Under the pieces are notes generated by a model. The model was given only the letters and a program-made list of their open reading frames with translations. It had not been told where the DNA came from and did no database searches. Source: an uncultured Planctomycetia bacterium (lineage in GTDB: Bacteria; Planctomycetota; MHYJ01; CAYXQY01). From it: DNA of 51,290 bases. Made by a program: the position numbers and the translations under genes. The stretch's first letter is position 1. The number at the start of each line of letters is the position of its first letter. Location: NCBI GenBank assembly GCA_964594615.1, contig CAZQNZ010000001.1, positions 1 to 51,290 on the forward strand, in the 5' to 3' direction. Positions 1 through 9,820 of the stretch are shown piece after piece.

Positions 1-311
1 TTGTCGGGCAACGGAGACTCCAGCAACTTCGACTGACACGAGGAGCATAAGTTAAATTCCATCTTCCGGTATACCTCGTCCATCGCTTCTTCTTCGGAAC
101 ACTGTTTCAACTCGTCGATGGTCTCATCGATCTGTTCCTGAAGATCCCCGGAGAGGTCGTCATCCGTGAGCTCCAGCGGATCATATGCCGCCTTGACTTC
201 GATCGTTACTTCATACCGAACGTTGGAATCGATAAGCAGCCCTTTGCCGCATCGATCACAGTAGATGGACAAATCCTGATCGGAGTCGGGTACGTTGTTC
301 CCGCGATCCAT
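1..311 (-). CDS. hypothetical small zinc-ribbon protein, C-terminus cut by window edge
   Basis: Hand translation from the ATG at 311-309 stays open to base 1 (MDRGNNVPDSDQDLSIYCDRCGKGLL...MEFNLCSSCQSKLLESPLPD). It has two CxxC pairs and a GAGG 9 nt upstream. It is absent from the ORF track because no stop lies in the window. Confidence 0.45.
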   Translation of the reverse strand, partial: MDRGNNVPDSDQDLSIYCDRCGKGLLIDSNVRYEVTIEVKAAYDPLELTDDDLSGDLQEQIDETIDELKQCSEEEAMDEVYRKMEFNLCSSCQSKLLESPLPD

Positions 312-362
312 GGCCGGAATCCTCGCTTTTTAGGGGCCTCCTGAGATGCTTAGAGGGTCCTG

Positions 363-2831
363 TCAGACGTCAAGGCGAGAGACGTCAAGGGCAAATTGCT
401 TAATAAATTCTCGTCGAGGTTTCACCGCGTCCCCCATGAGAATGTCGAAGAGTCGTTCCGCCTCAGCAGCATTTTCGACTTTCATTTTTTCCAGTACCCG
501 GGTTTCCGGGTCCATTGTGGTTTCCCATAGTTGCTGAGGGTTCATTTCTCCAAGTCCCTTGTAGCGCTGAATCGAAATGCCCTTCTCACCGTTTTCCTGG
601 ATGGCATGGAGCAAACCCGTCAGGTTGTGCACGGGATGCTGTTCACCTTCACATTCCAGAAAGAAGGGGGCATCTTCCGGGTTGAGCTGATCTGGCTCCT
701 CTTCCGGATTGACTGTTGAGAAGTCGAGGTAATGGTCCGGTTCGAAGCCGAGTTCATCGAGTTGGTCAACCAGATTTTCAACTTCCTGCTCTCCATGTAA
801 TTCCGTGACGCGCACCTGGTGATCGCCACCCTCCGGCTGGAAGTCATCGCCATGCAGCGTAACCGGTTCTTTGCCGGTTTCCCGTGCTACGTCCTGAAGT
901 ATTTCATCCACCTCTTCCTCGGAGAAACAAAGGCGGGTGCCGACGCACGAATCGACCTGGTACAGGGGATACCGGCCGCGATCCTGTCCAAGTTCAAAAT
1001 AACGCTTTGCGTCGATCCCTTTTTCCTGGATCTGATTTCGGAGATCCTCCAGGCTGGCGATGAGATCCACGAATTCTTCGAGGTCTTCTCCCTCCAGCTG
1101 GAAGTCATCCTCTCGTCGTTTGAACACACATCCCTCGATACCCATGTCGATCAGGGCGGATCGCATTTCCTTCTCCGTTCGTATGTACCGTTCCTTGTTT
1201 CGTCGCTTAATACGGTAAAGAGGAGGACACGCGATGTAGACCCGTTCATCGATAAGGAGCTGGCGCATGTGCCGGAAGAAGAACGTCAGCAGGAGTGTGC
1301 GGATGTGAGACCCATCCACGTCCGCGTCCGTCATGATGATGATTTTTCCATAACGAAGTTCCTCCATATCCATGGTCTCCTCCCCGATGCCGGTGCCGAT
1401 CGCACTGATAATGGTTTTCAGTTCATCGTGGTCGAGGATGCGATCGATCCGCGCTTTTTGAGCGTTTAGGATTTTCCCTTTGATCGGGAGGATGGCCTGG
1501 AAATTACGATCCCGTGCCTGCTTCGCCGATCCGCCTGCAGAATCACCCTCCACGATAAAGAGTTCACTTTCCTCGATCTTACGGGAGGAGCAATCAGCGA
1601 GTTTACCGGGCATGTCGCCGCTTGTGAGGGCACTTTTACGCCGGGCTTTCTCCTTGGCTTTTTTGGCGGCGGCCCGGGCGCGAGCAGCATCAAGTGCTTT
1701 TTCAATGATGGCCTGTGCACTGTCCGGGTGTTCCTCGAGGAACGTGCTCAATTCCTGGTATACGACGGAGGAAACGACACCGCGAACTTCCGAGTTACCC
1801 AGTTTTGTTTTCGTCTGTCCTTCAAACTGGGGTTCCGGGACGTTCACGCTGATGATCCCGGTCATCCCTTCACGGAAGTCATTTCCATTGGGTGTGGTGT
1901 CTTCCCCCTCGAACATATCGTGGCTCTTCGCGTACTCGTTCAGGGCCCGTGTGAGGGCGGTTCGGAAGCCACTGACGTGTGTCCCTCCTTCCTGGGTGTT
2001 AATGTTATTGACGAAAGATGACAGGGACGTGTTGTATCCGTCATGATACTGCATCGCCATCTTGAGCTGGATGTCGTCCTGTTCCTCTTCGATGCCGATG
2101 ATGTCATCGTGGATCGTTTGCTTGTTTTCGTTCAAGTGTTCCAGGTATTCGACGATCCCTCCTTCGTAGTGGAAGGTATCTGAACGGTTGTCCCGTTCAT
2201 CAATAAGCCTTATTTGCAGGCCCTCATTCAAGTACGCCAGTTCCCGTAGCCGTCCTGCAAGAACATCGTAATCGAACGTGGTGTTGCTGAAAATTTCATC
2301 ATCCGGTTTAAAGCGAATCCGGGTCCCGGATTTTTCCGTTTCCTCACCCACTTCCATGTCATGAGTGGGGATGCCTTTTTCAAAACTTTCGTAGTAATGC
2401 TGGTTGTTGCGCCAGACGTCCACCTCAAGCCATTCCGACAGAGCGTTGACCACTGAGATACCAACTCCGTGCAGTCCGCCGGACACCTTGTACACATTCT
2501 GGTTAAATTTCCCACCGGCGTGCAGGGTGGTCAGCACGACTTCCAGGGCCGGTCGGTCAATTTCTTCATGCTGAGCAACCGGAATGCCCCGTCCATCATC
2601 CTGGATGCTCACACTTCCGTCGTTAAACAGTTTGACTTCAACTTCATCACAATACCCCGCCATTGCTTCGTCAATGCTGTTGTCGACGACTTCGTGCACG
2701 AGGTGATGCAATCCACGGTCCCCCGTGTCGCCGATGTACATGGCCGGTCGCTTCCGAACGGCCTCGATACCTTCAAGAATTTCAATGTCTTCCGCTTCGT
2801 ACGCGACCTGTTGTCCGGATTGATTATCCAT
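363..2831 (-). CDS. gyrB: DNA gyrase subunit B
   Basis: 822 aa. N-terminus EAVRKRPAMYIGDT, ATPase lid GGLHGVG, Toprim motifs EGDSAGGSAKQARDR, PIKGKILNA and DADVDGSHI. GAGG lies 5 nt before the ATG. Confidence 0.98.
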   Translation of the reverse strand: MDNQSGQQVAYEAEDIEILEGIEAVRKRPAMYIGDTGDRGLHHLVHEVVDNSIDEAMAGYCDEVEVKLFNDGSVSIQDDGRGIPVAQHEEIDRPALEVVLTTLHAGGKFNQNVYKVSGGLHGVGISVVNALSEWLEVDVWRNNQHYYESFEKGIPTHDMEVGEETEKSGTRIRFKPDDEIFSNTTFDYDVLAGRLRELAYLNEGLQIRLIDERDNRSDTFHYEGGIVEYLEHLNENKQTIHDDIIGIEEEQDDIQLKMAMQYHDGYNTSLSSFVNNINTQEGGTHVSGFRTALTRALNEYAKSHDMFEGEDTTPNGNDFREGMTGIISVNVPEPQFEGQTKTKLGNSEVRGVVSSVVYQELSTFLEEHPDSAQAIIEKALDAARARAAAKKAKEKARRKSALTSGDMPGKLADCSSRKIEESELFIVEGDSAGGSAKQARDRNFQAILPIKGKILNAQKARIDRILDHDELKTIISAIGTGIGEETMDMEELRYGKIIIMTDADVDGSHIRTLLLTFFFRHMRQLLIDERVYIACPPLYRIKRRNKERYIRTEKEMRSALIDMGIEGCVFKRREDDFQLEGEDLEEFVDLIASLEDLRNQIQEKGIDAKRYFELGQDRGRYPLYQVDSCVGTRLCFSEEEVDEILQDVARETGKEPVTLHGDDFQPEGGDHQVRVTELHGEQEVENLVDQLDELGFEPDHYLDFSTVNPEEEPDQLNPEDAPFFLECEGEQHPVHNLTGLLHAIQENGEKGISIQRYKGLGEMNPQQLWETTMDPETRVLEKMKVENAAEAERLFDILMGDAVKPRREFIKQFALDVSRLDV

Positions 2832-2852
2832 TTGTACCTCGATTTGAACGGG

Positions 2853-3131
2853 TTAGATTGCGGTGAATTTTAATTCTTCAAGTGACTCGAGTTCCTCGGA
2901 AAGTTCTTGCTTGATGTGTTCCCGATGAAAGTTGGAGAGTTCACTTAGCAGAGGTTGAGACGTGACACCGATCGTGAGTGTGCCGTCACGGTAGGATTTG
3001 ACCGACGTGTATTCACGGTATGGATCGGGAACGGCTTCCTCCCATGCTTCCTCTGCATGTTGCTTATGGAGCGTTCGCTGCGACTCGAAACGATGAACCA
3101 GGTTTTTGACGAGTTCGCCGATGGACTCCAT
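2853..3131 (-). CDS. DUF721 / DciA-like protein
   Basis: 92 aa in the dnaN-gyrB slot. The pattern W.EAV....T.......G.L.I.V.S......L is typical of DUF721. Its ATG overlaps the dnaN stop (TAATG). Confidence 0.7.
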   Translation of the reverse strand: MESIGELVKNLVHRFESQRTLHKQHAEEAWEEAVPDPYREYTSVKSYRDGTLTIGVTSQPLLSELSNFHREHIKQELSEELESLEELKFTAI

Positions 3132-4240
3132 TAATCTTCCTCGACCGCATCCTGATCGAGCGGCATCATGACATACAGGTACTCACTTCCATCACGGATG
3201 ATTCCTCCTGCTTCCGGGCCGGACAGGTCCATCTGTACGTTTTCCTCATCGAACACGGAAAGCACATCCAGCAGATAGTTCGGATTAAACACAATTTTTA
3301 ACGGATCCCCGTCGTAATCAATGGGCAATTTGACGCTTCCTTCCCCAAATTCCTGAGAACGGGTGGTCAAGTTCAACATATCATTCTCAAAGTGAAACCG
3401 CACGACAGGCATTTCCCGGGGCGTGAGGACCGACACCTTTTTCAGCGAAGACTCCAGTGCTTCACGATTGACACTTATTTTCCGATCCGGGTTTTTCGGA
3501 ATGGCTTTTTCGTAATCCGGATAGTTCCCTTCCACCTGTCGGCTGTAAACCAGACCCCGCTCCGTCTGGAACTGGACCTTTGATTCATCGCCGGTAAAAA
3601 CGACGGATTCGTCGTCATCGGTCATCCGGGAAAGGATTTCCAGCACGCGAGGAGGTACGTTTACCACCATTTCTTCATCCAGTCCGGTCGAGTTGCTTAC
3701 CCGATAACGTGCCAGCCGGTTTCCATCACTCCCCACCATCTCCATCGCATCGGGTGTCCAGCGGCAGTACAGTCCGGTGAGGGCATACATCTGCATTTCG
3801 TCGGCGACGGCAAACGATGTTTTTTTTACCATCTCTTTGATGGTAGCTCCATCAATGGAGACTTCCGGTCCGTCGTCGAACTCGGGGAATTCGGGAAAAT
3901 CGGCCGGGTCATGACCAACGATCTTGAAATCTCCCCCTTCGTAGCGAACACGGAGTGTGTGACCGTCCGTCGATAACTCAAGTTCCTGTTCGTTAAATTC
4001 GCTGAGAAGTGAGGAGATTCGATCCGCCGGAATGGCCACCGTGCCCGGCTCCTGAATTTCGACGTCCGTTGAATGGATTCGAACACCCACTTCGAGATCC
4101 GTCCCGGCCACTGAGAGACTCCCGTCTCCGGCGACCAGGTTCACGGACTTGAGAATAGGAACAGTTGATCGACTTGGAATCGAGTTTTGAACAACCCGAA
4201 CCGTCTGGTATAAATCGTCAGCCTGACAGCGTATTTTCAT
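3131..4240 (-). CDS. dnaN: DNA polymerase III beta sliding clamp
   Basis: 369 aa with a three-domain clamp-like sequence (MKIRCQADDL...VPILKSVNLVA...NPNYLLDVL). It sits next to gyrB, and GGAG lies 6 nt before the ATG. Confidence 0.95.
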   Translation of the reverse strand: MKIRCQADDLYQTVRVVQNSIPSRSTVPILKSVNLVAGDGSLSVAGTDLEVGVRIHSTDVEIQEPGTVAIPADRISSLLSEFNEQELELSTDGHTLRVRYEGGDFKIVGHDPADFPEFPEFDDGPEVSIDGATIKEMVKKTSFAVADEMQMYALTGLYCRWTPDAMEMVGSDGNRLARYRVSNSTGLDEEMVVNVPPRVLEILSRMTDDDESVVFTGDESKVQFQTERGLVYSRQVEGNYPDYEKAIPKNPDRKISVNREALESSLKKVSVLTPREMPVVRFHFENDMLNLTTRSQEFGEGSVKLPIDYDGDPLKIVFNPNYLLDVLSVFDEENVQMDLSGPEAGGIIRDGSEYLYVMMPLDQDAVEED

Positions 4241-4438
4241 GCGGTTCTCCGTAACAATCTATCGGCGTGTTCAACGGGGATTCTCAGGTGTACATATCAT
4301 AGAAAAATTACGCGTTCATTGCAACCATCGAGCACGGGTTTTGATTGGTTTCTAACCTTTTCAGATCGACTTCTGACCGTGTGATTGAGTGGTTCGATGA
4401 GAGAGGAGCTAAGATCTAACACCGCGGATGTAGACGGA

Positions 4439-5395
4439 TTACCCCTGCTCTTTTTCTTGTAAATAGGAACGTGCCTCTTCAATAAGAGAGACGGCCCCTT
4501 TTTTTCGAAGTTCTTCCGCAATTTCACGAGCTGAGGAAACGGAATCATCGCGGTGGAAGCGACGGCTTGCGGTTAGAACAGGATCACCCTCCAGAGACGC
4601 GACCATTCCGTATGCTTCGAACTGGTTACTCGATTCCGTTGAGCAGTACGCGCCGAGTGGAATCCGACAACCACCGTCCAGCTCATCGATGATTGTCCGT
4701 TCTGTGTTTATCTGCGTATTCGTCGTTTCATCGTTCACCTCGGACAGCGCCTTCGCAACGGCCGACGGCTCGTCGCGGCACTGTACCAGAATAGCCCCTT
4801 GACCCGGTGCCGGATAGAATGTTTTCGGGTTCAGATATTGTGTCACCACATCCGCCCGCTCCAGACGATTCAGGCCGGCTTCGGCGAGGACAAGGGCGTC
4901 CACGAGTTCCTCCTCCAGCAATTTTTGCAGGCGCGTGTCCACGTTCCCCCGGATTGGTTGGACCTCCAGATCCGGACGTCGGTTCAACAGGAGCGCCTGT
5001 CGTCGCAGCGAGGATGTGCCGACAGTGGCCCCGTCAACCAGGTCTTCTATTCCGGAACATCCCGGTCGTGCAACGAGCACGTCCCCGGGGGATTCCCGGG
5101 GCAGGAAGGCACCGATGGTCAAGCCCTCGATATCGTCGGTCGGTACGTCTTTCGCGCTGTGAACGGCGGCGTCGACGTCGCCGCTGACGACCGCCTGGTC
5201 CAGGTCCTTGGTAAAAAAACCTTTTCCCGGTAGTTTATGGATGGATTGTTCGGCAAAGCGATCCCCGCTGGTTTCTTTTGTTACAATCTCTACATCCAGA
5301 TCAGGGGCCACTCGGTTCAGTTCCTCACGAACGAGTGTGGTCTGGATCATTGCCAGTTTGGAACCGCGACTGCCGAGTTTGATGGTCTCCTTCAT
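4439..5395 (-). CDS. hemC: hydroxymethylbilane synthase (porphobilinogen deaminase)
   Basis: 318 aa. Motifs LGSRGSKLAMIQT, RGNVDTRL and a GGC...PLGAY cofactor-Cys region. ATGA overlap with the hemA stop. Confidence 0.95.
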   Translation of the reverse strand: MKETIKLGSRGSKLAMIQTTLVREELNRVAPDLDVEIVTKETSGDRFAEQSIHKLPGKGFFTKDLDQAVVSGDVDAAVHSAKDVPTDDIEGLTIGAFLPRESPGDVLVARPGCSGIEDLVDGATVGTSSLRRQALLLNRRPDLEVQPIRGNVDTRLQKLLEEELVDALVLAEAGLNRLERADVVTQYLNPKTFYPAPGQGAILVQCRDEPSAVAKALSEVNDETTNTQINTERTIIDELDGGCRIPLGAYCSTESSNQFEAYGMVASLEGDPVLTASRRFHRDDSVSSAREIAEELRKKGAVSLIEEARSYLQEKEQG

Positions 5396-6717
5396 TCCTC
5401 CTCCTCGACCGATGAATCAAGGGTTTCGGCCTCCTCGTCCGGGTCCAGGTCGAATAGAATTTTTACAGCGTTTACAAGGTTCTGTCCATTGTTGCCGGAC
5501 AACTGTTCCTTCAGGTTTGTGATCGGTGAATGAAGGACTTTGTTCAGTATTCGATCAACCATTTTTCGAACCTCTTCCTGATCCGCCTCGTCCAATGATT
5601 CGAGTCGATTGAGACTGCGTTCGAGTTCCGCATCACCGATGTCCATCAGTTCGTTTCGGAGTTCTTTGATCAATGGACCGACCTGGTCCTTCCTGCGACT
5701 GGTGACGAATTTGCTCAGATGTTCCTCGACCATTTCCTCAGCTCGGTCGATTTCCTCGGAACGGGCCTCGAGATTTCGGGCAACAATCCGTTCGAGGTCA
5801 TCGATGTTGTACAGATACATTTGATCAAGTTCCTGGCTTTCGGGATGAACGTTCCGAGGCACGGAGAGATCCAGAATGCAGATGGGGTTCATCGATCGGT
5901 GTTGAAGGGCGTTTCGCAGTTCTCTGGGGCCGATGATTGGTGTTTCTGAGGAGGTGGCAACGATGAGCACATCGGCTTCTGGGAGGTAGTCCTCCAGAAG
6001 TTCAAATTGCACGGTTTTTGCGTTCATATTCTCCGCCAGTTCACGTGCTCGGTCCAGGCTCCGATTGCAGATAATTTTTTCCTGAACGCCATGGTCGATC
6101 AGGTTCTCTAGACAGATTCGTGCGGTTTCACCCGCTCCCACAAGGAGCACGGTTTTCTGGCTCAACTCGTCAAAGACACGGGATACGAAATCAACCGCAA
6201 CGCTTGGTACGGAGACCTTGTTCTCTCCGATGTCGGTGTGTTGATGCACATCCTTTGCGAGTGCAAGGGCATCCTGAAACAGGGTGTTGAATTGATGTCC
6301 CGTCAGTCCCAGAATTTTTGCTTCGTTGTACGCGGTCTTTACCTGGTTGATGATCTGTGTTTCCCCGACCACCATGCTGTCCAGGCTACATGTGACTCGA
6401 AAGAGATGATGGATGGCCTGTTTCCCCTGATAATCGTACATGGCATCGGAAAACTCCGCCCATGCGACGTTTTTCCGCTCGGCAAGCATTTGACCGATTT
6501 CTTCCGGATCGACCTCATCTGAACCGGGCACGTAATATACCTCTACACGATTGCATGTAGAGATCAGAACCCCTTCCCTGAGGGAGAACTCCTCCGCAAT
6601 CCTGTCCATTTCCTGTCCCTGTTCGTCCACAGGAACGGCAAGTTGCTCCCGCAGTTCCACAGGGGCATTTTTATGGTTGATGCCGACGAGTCGAATTTTT
6701 GACGCGGGATGATTCAT
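5392..6717 (-). CDS. hemA: glutamyl-tRNA reductase
   Basis: Motifs STCNRVEVY and VLLVGAGETA (NADPH). The track ORF runs to 6780. I chose the Met at 6717 (MNHPASKIRLVGINHK) because it makes an ATGA overlap with the upstream gene's stop. Confidence 0.93.
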   Translation of the reverse strand: MNHPASKIRLVGINHKNAPVELREQLAVPVDEQGQEMDRIAEEFSLREGVLISTCNRVEVYYVPGSDEVDPEEIGQMLAERKNVAWAEFSDAMYDYQGKQAIHHLFRVTCSLDSMVVGETQIINQVKTAYNEAKILGLTGHQFNTLFQDALALAKDVHQHTDIGENKVSVPSVAVDFVSRVFDELSQKTVLLVGAGETARICLENLIDHGVQEKIICNRSLDRARELAENMNAKTVQFELLEDYLPEADVLIVATSSETPIIGPRELRNALQHRSMNPICILDLSVPRNVHPESQELDQMYLYNIDDLERIVARNLEARSEEIDRAEEMVEEHLSKFVTSRRKDQVGPLIKELRNELMDIGDAELERSLNRLESLDEADQEEVRKMVDRILNKVLHSPITNLKEQLSGNNGQNLVNAVKILFDLDPDEEAETLDSSVEEEE

Positions 6718-7553
6718 AAGTTTTGATGAAATCCTTCCCAGAGGAATTCTCCGACAAAGACCGTGGTGAGGATCAAGCAATACCCGGCAACGGATAGGTA
6801 GGCGAACTTACGCCCCTTCACCAGAAGCCCTTTTCGAAGAAGCAGGAGTGCGCCATAGACGATCCAGGTAAGGAGGGACAGGAAGACTTCTGGATCCTGG
6901 TACCAGGGCATGGACAACTGATGTTCCAGATATTCCCCCCCGAAAATGCCCAGGATAATCCCGATGGTCAGAAGCGGGAAGCCCACCAGAACGGACGTGG
7001 TGCTGATGGTTTCGGATCGTTCCAGAGAAGGAAGGGCATCCCAGAGAAAACCTGTAGATTTGGAACGGACCATTCGTTCCTGGACAAGAAAAAGAACCCC
7101 GCTGATAAATCCCATCGAGAACGCCACGTAACTCAGAAGAATCATAGCAATGTGCAGAATAAGCCAACCGTTCATGGATAGGGTACTGCTGGTTCGTGGG
7201 TGTCGAATCATCAAAGCAGCGGCAAATACGATAAACAGGGTACAGATGCCGATGCCCACGGGGACGGTCAGGGAGCTTTTCGCGTAGTTTCGAAGCAGGA
7301 GAGACATCAGCGCAATGCCGGCGGTGAGTCCCACAATGGTGTCGAACTGGTTGGGTATGTGACCTCCCCCCTCAGTAACGATAATCGAACAGATCAACAT
7401 GATATTTGTGAAGAACCCGCACCAGACGATACGACTGACCCAATCGTGTGGGGTCCGTTTTTGAACCAGACGCCATGATCCCCAGATAAAACCAGATACA
7501 TAAAGGACGGCAGTGAGGAGAAAAAAGACAATCTGAACCGTGGTAAATCGCAT
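6714..7553 (-). CDS. cytochrome c assembly family membrane protein (CcsA/HemX-like)
   Basis: 279 aa polytopic membrane protein directly coupled to hemA, as HemX is in Bacillus-type hem operons. It has a degenerate W-rich segment (LSMPWYQDPEVF). Confidence 0.7.
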   Translation of the reverse strand: MRFTTVQIVFFLLTAVLYVSGFIWGSWRLVQKRTPHDWVSRIVWCGFFTNIMLICSIIVTEGGGHIPNQFDTIVGLTAGIALMSLLLRNYAKSSLTVPVGIGICTLFIVFAAALMIRHPRTSSTLSMNGWLILHIAMILLSYVAFSMGFISGVLFLVQERMVRSKSTGFLWDALPSLERSETISTTSVLVGFPLLTIGIILGIFGGEYLEHQLSMPWYQDPEVFLSLLTWIVYGALLLLRKGLLVKGRKFAYLSVAGYCLILTTVFVGEFLWEGFHQNL

Positions 7554-7707
7554 TACGTTACCGGGAACGAATTTGGAGAGGGGTCGAATCAGCCAGAGAG
7601 CGAAAGGGTATTATACGGGAAGGACATTGATAGTTCAGGAGAGCCGGATCAGACGAGAATCGGCAGGAAGTAGATGAACCTGCTTCAGAGCCCGGTCGGG
7701 GGAGAGG

Positions 7708-8346
7708 TCAGGATCGAGCCGGGGTTTCCGGATTGTTGACGTCCTGCCAGAAGCGTTTCTTTTCCGACTCGTACCGATCGATGTCGTCGGACTCATCCAG
7801 TGTGAGCTGGATATCATCGAGGCCTTCAAGCAAACACTTTTTACGGAATGCATCCACTTCGAAGGGGATGGGGTCTCCTGAGTCGTCTTCCAGAATTTCG
7901 TCTTCGAGATTGACAGTGAGTTGATACGCACCGTTCGAGGACGCCTCTCGTTCAAATAAGTCGTCCACCTGCTCATCATCAAGTTCAATCAGTAACAGGC
8001 CATTCTTGAACGAGTTGGTTTCGAAGATATCAGCAAACGACGGGGCGATGATTGTCTGAAAACCAAAGTCCGTGATGGCCCAGACAGCGTGTTCTCGGCT
8101 GGATCCGCAACCAAAATTCTGTCGGGTGACGAGGATTTCCGCATTGTTGTACGGAGATTGATTGAGAAAGAAGGAGTCGTCCGGCTCACCACTCTCATCC
8201 GTGGCCCAGTCGTAAAACAGGAACTCACCGTAACCACTGCGTTCGACACGTTTCAAAAACTGTTTGGGAATGATCTGGTCCGTGTCCACGTCCGGACGGT
8301 CGAGTGTGGCGACGACGCCGGTGAATGTTTCGAAAGGATCAAACAT
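7708..8346 (-). CDS. leuD: 3-isopropylmalate dehydratase small subunit
   Basis: 212 aa with FGCGSSREHA and IIAPSFADIF motifs. It lies downstream of leuC. Confidence 0.95.
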   Translation of the reverse strand: MFDPFETFTGVVATLDRPDVDTDQIIPKQFLKRVERSGYGEFLFYDWATDESGEPDDSFFLNQSPYNNAEILVTRQNFGCGSSREHAVWAITDFGFQTIIAPSFADIFETNSFKNGLLLIELDDEQVDDLFEREASSNGAYQLTVNLEDEILEDDSGDPIPFEVDAFRKKCLLEGLDDIQLTLDESDDIDRYESEKKRFWQDVNNPETPARS

Positions 8347-8391
8347 GGTGGTATCAGACGAATGTAAGTAACGTTGGAATGTTGCGTACGA

Positions 8392-9795
8392 TTATGAGTC
8401 CTGCCACTCACGAATGTCAACGAGATGCCCTTCGACGGCGGTCGCTGCAGCCATTTCCGGGCTCATCAGGTGTGTGCGTCCTCCCCTTCCCTGCCGACCT
8501 TCGAAATTACGGTTACTGGTGGATGCACACCGCTCTCCCGGTTCCAGCACGTCCGGGTTCATGCCCAGGCACATACTGCAGCCGGATTTACGCCACTCGA
8601 AGCCGGCGGACTTAAAGATTTCATCAAGCCCTTCCTCCTCCGCTTTTTTCTTCACCTGCTGGGATCCCGGGACCACCATCGCACGAACGTTAGGGTGGGT
8701 TTCTCGATCTCGAACGACGCGCGAAGCCTTTCTAAGATCCTCAACGCGGGAGTTGGTGCATGAACCAATGAACACCCGATCCACGCTGATGTTTGTCATT
8801 CGTGTGCCCGGTTGGAGGTCCATGTAGTCAAGCGCACGTTCGGCGCCTTCTTTTTGAACGGGATCCTCGAACTGATCCGGTTCAGGGACGCGATCGTTGA
8901 CGTCCACGACCTGTCCGGGGTTGGTTCCCCAGGTGACCTGTGGTTCCATCGAGGACACGTCGATGTTGACTTCCGTGTCGAATTCAGCGTCCGGATCTGA
9001 GGGAAGTTGTTTCCACTCCTCGACGGCTCGATCAAAATCCTCTCCAGATGGGGCGTGAGGTTTGCCCCGGAGGTATTCGTACGTGGTTTCGTCCGGAGCG
9101 ACCAGACCGGCGCGTGCCCCGCATTCGATGGACATGTTACAGATGGTCATTCGCCCTTCCATGGAAAGCGACTCAATCGCCTCTCCGGCGTATTCGATCA
9201 CGTGGCCTGTACCACCCCCCACGCCGATCGTACCGATTAATTTCAAGATGAGATCCTTCGCGGTCACCCCGTTCGGCATCTCCCCATGAAAGTTCACCAC
9301 CATCGTGTCGGGCTTCTGCTGGGGCAGCGTCTGAGTTGCAAGAACATGTTCCACTTCCGAGGTGCCGATGCCGAAAGCCAGAGCGCCGAAGGCTCCGTGG
9401 GTGGACGTGTGACTGTCGCCGCAGACAATGGTCAGCCCGGGAAGGGTAAATCCCTGTTCCGGACCAATCACGTGAACAATTCCCTGATTTTCACTGTCGA
9501 GGTCGTAGAGGGGAATACCAAATTCCCGGCAATTCTCTCGCATGACCTCAATCTGTTTCTTGGAAATGCCCTCAAGGGGTTCACGATTGATCGAGGTCGG
9601 CACGTTGTGGTCCATGGTTGCAATGGACAGGTCCGGGCGTCGAACCTGCCGACCGGCCTGACGCAACCCCTCAAACGCCTGAGGGGACGTGACTTCATGT
9701 ACGAAATGTCGGTCGATGTACAGCAATGTGGGACGCGCGGGTTCATCACGAACCACATGCTGGTCCCAGATCTTTTCGAACATTGTTTTTCCCAT
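8392..9795 (-). CDS. leuC: 3-isopropylmalate dehydratase large subunit
   Basis: 467 aa. Aconitase-family motifs [30 protein letters not shown] and [13 protein letters not shown]. Confidence 0.97.
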   Translation of the reverse strand: MGKTMFEKIWDQHVVRDEPARPTLLYIDRHFVHEVTSPQAFEGLRQAGRQVRRPDLSIATMDHNVPTSINREPLEGISKKQIEVMRENCREFGIPLYDLDSENQGIVHVIGPEQGFTLPGLTIVCGDSHTSTHGAFGALAFGIGTSEVEHVLATQTLPQQKPDTMVVNFHGEMPNGVTAKDLILKLIGTIGVGGGTGHVIEYAGEAIESLSMEGRMTICNMSIECGARAGLVAPDETTYEYLRGKPHAPSGEDFDRAVEEWKQLPSDPDAEFDTEVNIDVSSMEPQVTWGTNPGQVVDVNDRVPEPDQFEDPVQKEGAERALDYMDLQPGTRMTNISVDRVFIGSCTNSRVEDLRKASRVVRDRETHPNVRAMVVPGSQQVKKKAEEEGLDEIFKSAGFEWRKSGCSMCLGMNPDVLEPGERCASTSNRNFEGRQGRGGRTHLMSPEMAAATAVEGHLVDIREWQDS

Positions 9796-9820
9796 GGCGT
9801 CTGCGTGGCAGGATAAGGTG

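Noticed and set aside
4241-4438. Replication origin / DnaA boxes next to dnaN
   Set aside because: I found no TTATCCACA-like 9-mers or AT-rich unwinding element in the 198-bp gap, and dnaA is not adjacent.
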